Below are positions 56,970 to 64,000 of a DNA stretch of 64,000 nt, piece after piece. The notes beneath the pieces were generated by a model, which saw only the letters and a program-made list of their open reading frames with translations, was not told the origin of the DNA and did no database searches. The position numbers and the translations under genes were made by a program. Origin of the DNA: an uncultured Planctomycetia bacterium (GTDB taxonomy: Bacteria > Omnitrophota > Gorgyraeia > 2-02-FULL-51-18); the NCBI GenBank assembly GCA_964606485.1, contig CAZSGP010000005.1:11649-75648 (forward strand), read 5' to 3'. Every line of letters starts with the position of its first letter. Positions within the stretch are counted from its first letter, which is position 1.

Positions 56970-57028
56970 CGGGGAAATATTCTCTGCCAGCGGAATCTGG
57001 CGTATCAATTCAGAGGACCGGCTTTGAC

Positions 57029-59176
57029 TTAAAATGTCCACCGTACGGTCGCAAGACCCGTGTGTGAAGAGAAATCATTTGCGAACTTATAGTCGTAGGT
57101 CCCAGTGACACTGACATTGCCCTTTGAATAAAAGGTCAAACCGGTTCCGACATTATAAGTGCTTTTTTCAGGATCCAGACCATTGGTGTTAAAGGACGCG
57201 CCGCCACCCGTGAACGTAGACGTCGTGGCAACCGCATCACCGATAAAATCATACAGCCAGCGCGCATGCACTTCGGGCACCCACTTTCCGGAAGCGTCGT
57301 CTTTGAGAGTTCCATCAATTCTCACGCCTAGAGCCGACAAAAGTTGGTCGTAATTCTGGCTATTAACGTTTAGATTCACATCCCCCGCGCCGGTCTCTGT
57401 GTATTTGCTAATTTCGGTATGAGAATAGGTAAGGCCCGCGATCGGTGTGATATTCCAATCTGGATTGATCGGAACCACATAACCCACATCCCAGAATCCG
57501 GTATAGGTCTGCCCGTCAGGACTTGAGGTCGCCGTGCGATTGACACCCGGAAACACAATATTGCGGGTGGTATCGTAGGAATTCCACGTGAACATAAAAC
57601 CCATGTCGCCGTACCAGGGGCTCGGATCATCGAAACTCACATAGACTGTTCCAATGTAGCTATCAATATTCGTTCCACCGGTTGTCCCTTCGTTGTCAAC
57701 ATTGGTCGCCGCGTACCCGCCGGCAATCCCCAGGAGCACCTCACGGGTAAGAATGCCATCCACGCCGCCAATGATTCCGCCCGTGGTTGAATCATAGCCG
57801 CTAACACCTTTGTGCGTATCTTGCGTAGCACTTTCACCAAATCCTTTGATCCAAATACCGTTGTTCTTCCAAAAATCTCCCGTCGAAATGCCACTGCGAC
57901 CGGGAGATGGATTATTACCAGCCTCACCCAAATGCGTGGTCAAAGCACCCATCGCCTCATTCGTCGTATTAAAAGCCACCTGTGTCGTAACGCCATTATT
58001 CGTTGGATCGAGTTGTGCGACAGCATTGGCAACTACAATGGGGTCAGAAAGAGCATTGATGGGAGCAAAAATATCAGAATTAGGAATCGTCGCTAAAACG
58101 GCCGCTGCCGGCGTTGTCGCAGTCGTGAGTGGTATACCAGTCACTCTCACTGTCACAATACCATTTAGGGTGCTCGCAAGCGGCACCGGGGCAAACGTAT
58201 AAAGAGGATTGGTTGGATTCTGAACGGTCACAGCCACAACGCTTCCGCTAGTTCCACTTGTGGCTTGAACAATATTAAACTGAGTTCCGACTGGAATAGA
58301 GGATGTCGCAGGAACCAGCACGTTGACTCCCAGCGTCGCCGGAAGCGTTACAGCTCCCACCGGAACAATGCGACCAAAAACCGTCGCGCTCGCCAAGGTT
58401 GTATTGATACTGCTGGGTCCAGGATTGTCGATCGCCAGAGCTCCGGTAATATTCAGCGTGTTAGTGCCCAAAGAAAAGGAATAGGCTTCTACCGCGCCAT
58501 CTATGGTGGCCGTCACCCCAGCAATATTGCTTCCCCCAACGACGTTGATCGCCTTAAGATCAAATGCACCGCCGCCGACTGCGCCGAGCCAGGTACTCCC
58601 GCTTGCAAGAGATAGCGTTCCGGTATTGTCCGTGCCTGTGATTAGCGCGCCAATATTTTGCGTATTAGCCGCGAGACTGACGGTGCCATCGCCGGTAAAA
58701 GTCACAGCTCCGCGGTTTGTGATGGTACCGCTATTAAAGTTCACCGTACCCGTCCCAACATTCATTGTCGTCGCAAAAACGGTTCCTTGAAAATTTGTCG
58801 TGGCGTTTCCGGCAGCAGTTACGTTGAAGAAGGAGAGTAAGTTCGTCCCCAAATCCCCACTCACAGTCGATGTCACGAGGTCATTGAATAGGATGCTGTC
58901 CGAGTTGTTAACGTCTGTTGAGACGGAAGGACCGCCAATAGCACCGATATTTGGGAAGCCGACTCCTACGGTCAAGGTTCCAACGCCACCTGTCATATCA
59001 ACACCGTCTGTCTGACCGGCTGCGTTCACCGTGCCGCTGGCGACAACAGGTTGCCTTATGGCAAAACTTGGTGCACACCAAGTAATCATGACTATCACGA
59101 TCATGAAAAAAGAAAAAATCCGCTTGAGCGAAGCGGATATATTTAAATTTTTATAATTTACGTTCACATAGGTCAT
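57029..59176 (-). CDS. Autotransporter (type Va) with Gly/Thr/Asn-rich repetitive passenger and C-terminal 12-strand beta-barrel
   Basis: Extended signal peptide. Passenger rich in TG/GT/NxT repeats. C-terminal barrel ending ...GLATVRWTF. Confidence 0.8.
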   Translation of the reverse strand: MTYVNVNYKNLNISASLKRIFSFFMIVIVMITWCAPSFAIRQPVVASGTVNAAGQTDGVDMTGGVGTLTVGVGFPNIGAIGGPSVSTDVNNSDSILFNDLVTSTVSGDLGTNLLSFFNVTAAGNATTNFQGTVFATTMNVGTGTVNFNSGTITNRGAVTFTGDGTVSLAANTQNIGALITGTDNTGTLSLASGSTWLGAVGGGAFDLKAINVVGGSNIAGVTATIDGAVEAYSFSLGTNTLNITGALAIDNPGPSSINTTLASATVFGRIVPVGAVTLPATLGVNVLVPATSSIPVGTQFNIVQATSGTSGSVVAVTVQNPTNPLYTFAPVPLASTLNGIVTVRVTGIPLTTATTPAAAVLATIPNSDIFAPINALSDPIVVANAVAQLDPTNNGVTTQVAFNTTNEAMGALTTHLGEAGNNPSPGRSGISTGDFWKNNGIWIKGFGESATQDTHKGVSGYDSTTGGIIGGVDGILTREVLLGIAGGYAATNVDNEGTTGGTNIDSYIGTVYVSFDDPSPWYGDMGFMFTWNSYDTTRNIVFPGVNRTATSSPDGQTYTGFWDVGYVVPINPDWNITPIAGLTYSHTEISKYTETGAGDVNLNVNSQNYDQLLSALGVRIDGTLKDDASGKWVPEVHARWLYDFIGDAVATTSTFTGGGASFNTNGLDPEKSTYNVGTGLTFYSKGNVSVTGTYDYKFANDFSSHTGLATVRWTF

Positions 59177-59282
59177 AATGACCTCCTTTTTGAAAAATAA
59201 TTTAATGTCGTCGATCGTCGGCTGGGTACTTCCCTAGTTTAATTTTCATGTTTGATATCCTAGAACGAAGACGCTTACGGAA

Positions 59283-59319
59283 AAATCAGGGCAAACCCTT
59301 AAATGTCTATCAGTGAAAC
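59283..59319 (-). promoter_or_regulatory. Bipartite motif, site i (AAATCAGGGCAAAC-N10-CTATCAGTGAAAC)
   Basis: It lies about 100 nt upstream of the autotransporter start and abuts the TVP38 stop. Confidence 0.4.
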
Positions 59320-59939
59320 TACTCAATTGTGGAAGCTTGTAAGGCTTTTTTGACAACCAGCGCCGAATAAATGCCAATTGTGAGCGTCACAGCAAAACCA
59401 AATCCGACGAGCACCCATTCAAGCGAAGTTTTTTGAGCGGAAGTTTTTTCGAACACAATTTTTCCGGCGAGTGTGCCCAGATAAACGTATAAGAGCGCCC
59501 CCGGGATCATGCCGATTCCGGAAACTAAAAAATATCTCTTAAAACTAATTTTACTGAGCCCGAGAATGTAATTCAGAATGGTAAAAGGAAGAATTCCCGA
59601 AAGACGCAGAAGTAAAACCATCTTCCACCCGGCTTTGTTGACCGCGTTGTCCAGCGCCCTGACTTTTGGGCTTGCGACAATTTTTCTAGAGACCCATCCC
59701 CTCGACAAATTTCGACCCGCCAAAAAGCCGCCGGAGGCACCGATGAGTGAAGCAATGAGAACCACGGCAACACCCATAGGGATACCAAAAAGCGCTCCTG
59801 CCATCAGCGTCAAAAGCACAGTTGGCATGAAAAAAACGGTTAAAATGACAAAAACAGGAATGAACACTAAGGGCGCAAAAAAACCGACATGCTTCACCGC
59901 GTGCATCACCTGTTCGAGAAAAATCCTGAGATGCTCCAT
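59319..59939 (-). CDS. TVP38/TMEM64 (DedA-related) family membrane protein
   Basis: Multi-TM protein with ...LTLMAGALFG...LRLSGILPFTILNYILGLS... The true start is possibly MHAVKH at about 59906. Confidence 0.7.
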   Translation of the reverse strand: MEHLRIFLEQVMHAVKHVGFFAPLVFIPVFVILTVFFMPTVLLTLMAGALFGIPMGVAVVLIASLIGASGGFLAGRNLSRGWVSRKIVASPKVRALDNAVNKAGWKMVLLLRLSGILPFTILNYILGLSKISFKRYFLVSGIGMIPGALLYVYLGTLAGKIVFEKTSAQKTSLEWVLVGFGFAVTLTIGIYSALVVKKALQASTIE

Positions 59940-59970
59940 GCATAATGATACGTCGAGCTTTCAGACGTAA

Positions 59971-60008
59971 AAATAGGGGGAAATACTTGAATACCTATCG
60001 GGGGCGTT
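59971..60008 (-). promoter_or_regulatory. Bipartite motif, site j (AAATAGGGGGAAAT-N11-CTATCGGGGGCGTT)
   Basis: It lies in the divergent intergenic region upstream of TVP38, with no minus-strand gene upstream. This supports a promoter-side role. Confidence 0.45.
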
Positions 60009-60245
60009 GATGAGCTCGGGCAAAGACCTTTGATTTTTTATGGAATTTACATCCGGAAATGGGATAATAATATTTAGTTGTAACTTGCTCTTTTAGATTT
60101 TCCGTATTTCGGGCGGCATGTCCTCACCATTTCTTGCCCGTTACTCCCAGTCGAGCCCACCTCGGCGAAAACCTTGATAATTGAAGCACCTCCTCCAAAA
60201 CCAAAACAGTAAAGCTATTTTCACAAAAAAAGAAAGGCTCTAATT

Positions 60246-60779
60246 ATGTCCAAAATGAAATCTATTCCAGTCACAACGTTTATTTCAAATGAAAGAATCG
60301 AAAGGAAGATTTACTTCTTAAGAGGCGCGAAGATCATGTTTGATAGGGATCTAGCCGCTTTGTATGAAGTCTCGACGAGTTACCTCAATCGTCAGGTTAG
60401 ACGCAATATCGACCGATTCCCAGACGATTTCATGTTCCAATTAACCCCGAAAGAGTTCAAAAACTTGATATGCCAATTTGGCACATCAAGTTGGGGTGGT
60501 GTTCGCAAGAGACCGTTGGCATTCTCCGATTACGGAATCTTAATGCTGTCATCTGTTTTGAATAGTAAGAGAGCTATTCATGTGAATATTCAAATCATGC
60601 GTATTTTTAAGGACCTTCGGGATTTTTTGCATAGCCACAAAAATCTCCAAAAGAAAATTGAAGACATGGAAAAACGATACGACTCTCAATTTAAAATTGT
60701 CTTCGATGCCATCCGGGAGATTCTAGAGCCAAAAGTTACTCGGTCCAAAAAACCCATCGGCTTTCACGTTAAATACTAA
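60246..60779 (+). CDS. ORF6N domain protein (KilA-N-related DNA-binding domain common on mobile elements)
   Basis: IYFLRGAKIMFDRDLAALYEVSTSYLNRQVRRNIDRFPDDFMFQLT...FSDYGILMLSSVLNS matches the ORF6N consensus. The local GC is visibly lower than the rest of the window. Confidence 0.75.
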   Translation: MSKMKSIPVTTFISNERIERKIYFLRGAKIMFDRDLAALYEVSTSYLNRQVRRNIDRFPDDFMFQLTPKEFKNLICQFGTSSWGGVRKRPLAFSDYGILMLSSVLNSKRAIHVNIQIMRIFKDLRDFLHSHKNLQKKIEDMEKRYDSQFKIVFDAIREILEPKVTRSKKPIGFHVKY

Positions 60780-60792
60780 GGAGGAGAGCAGA

Positions 60793-60817
60793 AAAAATTC
60801 GGAGAGAAGAGGATTCG
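60793..60817. repeat. Direct repeat copy 1 (AAAAATTCGGAGAGAAGAGGATTCG), a duplicate of the tRNA-Ser(CGA) 3' end (att-like)
   Basis: 25-nt exact match to 60931-60954, which is the 3' acceptor/T-arm of the adjacent tRNA. Confidence 0.6.
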
Positions 60818-60930
60818 GCGCCCTCCGCGTCACCGCGGTGTCTGCTGTGGGTCGGCCACTCGCCGCATTGATGCTCCTCATGGTCGCATCAATATGCGCG
60901 GCTCACTTCGAATCATTTGTTAATCGATCA

Positions 60931-60954
60931 AAAATTCGGAGAGAAGAGGATTCG
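60931..60954. repeat. Direct repeat copy 2 (within or at the tRNA-Ser 3' end)
   Basis: It is identical to 60793-60817. Confidence 0.6.
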
Positions 60955-61021
60955 AACCTCTGAAACCTTGCGGTTTACACGCTTTCGAGGCGCGCGCATT
61001 CGACCACTCTGCCATCTCTCC
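60937..61021 (-). tRNA. tRNA-Ser (anticodon CGA)
   Basis: Reverse complement GGAGAGATGGCAGAGTGGTCGAATGCGCGCGCCTCGAAAGCGTGTAAACCGCAAGGTTTCAGAGGTTCGAATCCTCTTCTCTCCG. The anticodon loop is CTCGAAA, it has a long variable arm, and the discriminator is G. No CCA is encoded. Confidence 0.85.
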
Positions 61022-61067
61022 TGAAAGTGGTTTTTGAGGCCTCTTTTATACCATAACTGTGGCGAAA

Positions 61068-61076
61068 TGGTATAAT
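61068..61076 (+). promoter_or_regulatory. Extended -10 promoter element TGGTATAAT for pepF (leaderless or near-leaderless transcript)
   Basis: A canonical TGnTATAAT ends 8 nt before the pepF ATG at 61085. No Shine-Dalgarno sequence is possible in that gap. Confidence 0.5.
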
Positions 61077-61084
61077 CGCTTCTC

Positions 61085-62881
61085 ATGTCAAACACTCAAG
61101 CCAAAGGCGTTACCTGGGATCTGTCGGATCTGTATTCCTCGCTCTCTGATCCGCGACTTGAATCCGATTTGAAGCTTGCCGAACAAAAAGCGGCGGCCTT
61201 CGAGAAGCAGTACAAACCCCTTTTTAGCAGTTCGGCTACACCAAACCCTTCGGCGCTTGAGAATTTGCTCAAAGACTTCAAAGCCATCGTCGATCTCATG
61301 ACAAAACTCGGCACTTTTTCGCACTTGTCGTTTGCAGAGAAAACTGATGACGCTGCGCGCGGCGCATTTTTACAAAAAATTCAGACCGTGCTCACTGACG
61401 TGCAAGCGCATCTTTTATTTTTTGAGGTGAGCTGGAATAAACTGGACGAAAAACAAGTTTCCGAGTGGATGAAAAATCCAAACCTTGACGCGGACCGTCA
61501 CTTTTTAGAAAAAACCCGCAGCTTCGCGCCCTACACGCTCGCCGAAGGCGAAGAAAAAATCATGGCCATTAAGTCCAACACCGGCTCGTCGGCTTTTTCG
61601 CGGCTTTTTGACGAGACGATGAATAGCATTCCTTTTTTCATCACTACAAACGGCAAGCGAGAGAAAAAAACGGAAGGCGAAGTTCTTTCTCTGTTGCACT
61701 CCCCCGACCGTTCTGTTCGTAAGGCAGCGTCCGATAGTCTGACGGAAGGGTTAAAAGAACATTCGCGGCTTTTGGTTTATATTTTTAATATGATTTTAGC
61801 CGATCACCGCTCTTCACTTAAAATCCGCAGCTACCAGCACCCGATGGACGCGCGCAATCTGTCGAATGAAATTGATTTAAAGAGTGTCATGAATTTAGTC
61901 GAAAGTGTCAAAGCGGCCTACCCGCTTGCCGCGCGCTACTATCGTTTGAAGAAAAAGCTGCTGGGTTTAAACGAGCTCTACGACTACGATCGCTACGCGT
62001 CGCTCGAGTCCACCGAAGAAAAAATTTCATTTGAGGAATGCAAAAAAATCGTGCTCGACGGCTACCAAGCCTTCTCCCCTAAAACGGCGGAAATTGCCTC
62101 GCTCTTTTTTGAAAAACGCTGGATCGACGCCGAAGTGCGTCCCGGCAAACAAGGGGGCGGATTTTGCTGTGCCACCACGCCCACACTTCACCCTTATATT
62201 TTAGTGAATTTTACCGGCACGCTGCGTGACGTGATGACGGTCGCCCACGAACTCGGCCACGGCATTCACCAATACTTGGCGCGCAAGGTAGGAATTTTGG
62301 AATCCGACGCGCCGCTCACCATGGCTGAAACCGCGTCTGTGTTCGGCGAAATGCTGATTTTTGAAAAGATTCTTGAGAAGGAAAAAGATCCTAAAAAACG
62401 CCTTAATTTAATTTGCGGGAAAATTGATGATAATTTCGCGACCGTGTTCCGTCAAATTGCCATGTCTGACTTTGAAATCATGGCGCATGACGCGGGATTA
62501 AAAGAGGGCGAGCTTTCTGAGCAAGCGTTGTCGGATTTGTGGATCAAAGCCAATGGCGCGCTTTACGGCGACAGTGTGATTTTGACCGATAACTACCGCC
62601 ACGGCTGGAAATACATTCCCCATTTTATTCATTCGCCGTTTTATGTGTACGCTTACGCGTTCGCCCAACTCTTTGTGCTTTGTCTTTATCAGAAATACAA
62701 AGAAGATAAAGCGGCCTTTTTGCCCATTTACTTTGAAATGCTCTCGCTTGGCGGCTCAAAGAAGCCGGTTGAGATTGCGCGCCTTGCGGGGATTGATCTC
62801 GCCGACGCCGCAATCTGGAAAAAGGGCATTCTCCTCCTAGAAACACTGGTCACCGAAGCCGAAAAACTGGCCGTGGTATAA
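61085..62881 (+). CDS. pepF: Oligoendopeptidase F (M3B family)
   Basis: HExxH zinc site VAHELGHGIHQYLA. The length and N-terminal WDLSDLY match PepF. Confidence 0.85.
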   Translation: MSNTQAKGVTWDLSDLYSSLSDPRLESDLKLAEQKAAAFEKQYKPLFSSSATPNPSALENLLKDFKAIVDLMTKLGTFSHLSFAEKTDDAARGAFLQKIQTVLTDVQAHLLFFEVSWNKLDEKQVSEWMKNPNLDADRHFLEKTRSFAPYTLAEGEEKIMAIKSNTGSSAFSRLFDETMNSIPFFITTNGKREKKTEGEVLSLLHSPDRSVRKAASDSLTEGLKEHSRLLVYIFNMILADHRSSLKIRSYQHPMDARNLSNEIDLKSVMNLVESVKAAYPLAARYYRLKKKLLGLNELYDYDRYASLESTEEKISFEECKKIVLDGYQAFSPKTAEIASLFFEKRWIDAEVRPGKQGGGFCCATTPTLHPYILVNFTGTLRDVMTVAHELGHGIHQYLARKVGILESDAPLTMAETASVFGEMLIFEKILEKEKDPKKRLNLICGKIDDNFATVFRQIAMSDFEIMAHDAGLKEGELSEQALSDLWIKANGALYGDSVILTDNYRHGWKYIPHFIHSPFYVYAYAFAQLFVLCLYQKYKEDKAAFLPIYFEMLSLGGSKKPVEIARLAGIDLADAAIWKKGILLLETLVTEAEKLAVV

Positions 62882-62900
62882 TTGCCTTAAGAGGCAAATT

Positions 62901-63551
62901 ATGAAGTGGCAAACACCGCTTGTTATCGCCCTACTGATTCTCATCACAAAAGCCTCTTTTGCCCTTAACCCGGTTTACACCTATCTCTACGATTACGACG
63001 GAAATGTTAGCGTGACCTACAAAGGCGTCACTCAGCCCGCGCGGCAAGATTTTCCGTTTTTGGACGGCAGCGTTCTGCGCACCGACGTCAATGGCAGCGC
63101 CGATATCACGATGAACGGAATTATCGGCGTACGAATTTCGGCATCCAGCGAACTCGAATTTATAAAAGTGAATCGCAGCGACATGCAAGTTCGTCTCAAC
63201 AAAGGAACTGCGCTCATCAACATGAAAGCGATTCCGGCGGGCTGGAATCTTCAGTTCAAAACTCCGGCTGGTGACGCCATTGTGCGGGAGTATTTGCTCT
63301 GCAAATTTTTTGTAAAGGCTTACAAAAACGAAAAAAACGTGAACACCAGTTTTTTTGTTTCGAAAGTGGGAATTCTAGACGTGCGTGCCAACAACTCCGG
63401 GGCTGTGGTCAAAGTTTTTGAGACAAGATCTCTTCTTGTGAGCGACGACGTCAGCGTTCCCAATCAACGCAACGCCACCGACGAAGAAATGGCGCTCACT
63501 AAGAAAATTAATTCTGTTCTGATTGACGTCGAAAGCGGCCCCAAGCCTTAA
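62901..63551 (+). CDS. Secreted FecR-domain-like protein (paralog of 10842..11453)
   Basis: Signal peptide. LNKGTALINMKAIPAGWNLQFKTPAGDAIV parallels LSKGNAILNLEKLPKGTSFQVETPTAIAAV in the first FecR-like protein. Confidence 0.45.
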   Translation: MKWQTPLVIALLILITKASFALNPVYTYLYDYDGNVSVTYKGVTQPARQDFPFLDGSVLRTDVNGSADITMNGIIGVRISASSELEFIKVNRSDMQVRLNKGTALINMKAIPAGWNLQFKTPAGDAIVREYLLCKFFVKAYKNEKNVNTSFFVSKVGILDVRANNSGAVVKVFETRSLLVSDDVSVPNQRNATDEEMALTKKINSVLIDVESGPKP

Positions 63552-64000
63552 CGCTTGATTTCCCGCGGGTTGAAATAACCGGTTTTTAACTTCGGAAATT
63601 CCTTTTTTATCCGTGAAATAATTTCAGCCATCCCTAGCATCTCATTTTGGGGAATTTCAATTTTCAAATCCTTAAAATAAAGAATCGGGTCGTAATTTAA
63701 ATTGCGCCACTGAATCATGTCGATCCGGTGCTTGCGGATAAATTTTTCAAGCGCCTCAAATTCGTCCCGCGAATCCGTAAATCCTGGCATCGATAAGTAG
63801 TTGAGCGACACAAACGCGCCGTATTTTTTTGCCAGATCAATTGACTCCATAACATTTTTCAGGCTGTACCCCTTCGGCTGATAATACCGCGAGTAATACG
63901 GCTCGCGGACGCTGTTTAGGCTCACACGAATGCTGTTGAGTCCGGCTTTTAGAAGTTTTTCGATAAGCTCGGGACGGCTGGCGTTGGAGTTGATATTGAT
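63548..64000 (-). CDS. Radical SAM domain protein (C-terminal part; start lies beyond window end)
   Basis: The frame stays open to position 64000. Translation of 63926-64000 gives ...AGLNSIRVSLNS and the C-terminal region is typical of radical-SAM auxiliary domains. Confidence 0.55.
   Translation of the reverse strand: MNINSNASRPELIEKLLKAGLNSIRVSLNSVREPYYSRYYQPKGYSLKNVMESIDLAKKYGAFVSLNYLSMPGFTDSRDEFEALEKFIRKHRIDMIQWRNLNYDPILYFKDLKIEIPQNEMLGMAEIISRIKKEFPKLKTGYFNPREIKR

Noticed and set aside
57810-58790. Plus-strand ORFs of 94-130 aa inside the autotransporter gene
   Set aside because: They are antisense shadows of a repeat-rich, GC-skewed passenger region.
17500-60008. Possibility that the recurring 35-nt motif is a CRISPR array or a MITE/REP element
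   Set aside because: The copies are dispersed at one per operon rather than arrayed with spacers. They are imperfect, lack terminal inverted repeats or target-site duplications, and are positioned consistently relative to start codons.
60866-60899. Imperfect hairpin GCATTGATGC-N11-GCATCAATATGC between the two att-like repeats
   Set aside because: It is imperfect with no adjacent T-run, and is noted only as part of the inter-repeat scar.

Overview
This 64-kb window is a chromosomal segment of a Gram-negative (diderm) bacterium with roughly 50% GC. There are no rRNA genes, CRISPR arrays or IS elements.

Layout of the window:
- The left 11 kb is housekeeping: a truncated arsR-family regulator, recR-dnaX, tadA, an alpha-glucan phosphorylase, a SulP transporter, ppc, and tRNA-Asn, tRNA-Ser(GGA) and tRNA-Arg.
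- From 11.4 kb to 59.9 kb, about 48 consecutive genes all lie on the minus strand.
- Embedded in that block is a roughly 27-kb cell-envelope polysaccharide super-locus (44.9 to 17.5 kb). It is Wzx/Wzy-dependent, with an outer-membrane barrel, Wza, Wzz, Wzy, GT4/GT2 enzymes, TagA, a PGT, GalE, a pyruvyl transferase, a PP-loop enzyme and a BNR protein. Many adjacent genes overlap by ATGA. The locus ends in an 8.5-kb gene for a 2838-aa cyclic beta-1,2-glucan-synthase-like (NdvB/Cgs, GT84 + GH94) protein, preceded by an acyltransferase-3 and a methyltransferase-like gene.
- Further right lie a ferritin-like gene with an unannotated entericidin-like lipoprotein gene, a LuxR-type two-component pair, a PA2778/PA2779-like pair, an unusual NPP-EEP phosphoesterase fusion, a GT4 plus (alpha/alpha)6 glycosidase, TPR, DUF3108 and DUF3309 genes, an autotransporter and a TVP38 gene.
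- At the right end a low-GC ORF6N gene sits beside tRNA-Ser(CGA), whose 3' end is duplicated as an att-like scar. The window closes with pepF (extended -10 promoter, leaderless), a second FecR-domain protein and a truncated radical-SAM gene.

The most striking sequence-level signal is a bipartite direct-repeat motif of about 35 nt, roughly ATC(A/G)GGG.AAA-N13-T(A/C).GGGGAAA on the plus strand. It recurs 11 times, always 30-100 nt upstream of minus-strand transcription units that mostly encode exported or envelope proteins. The left 11 kb carries no copy, and pepF, the one gene with a recognisable sigma-70-type promoter, lacks it. This fits an uncharacterised regulon or alternative promoter class.
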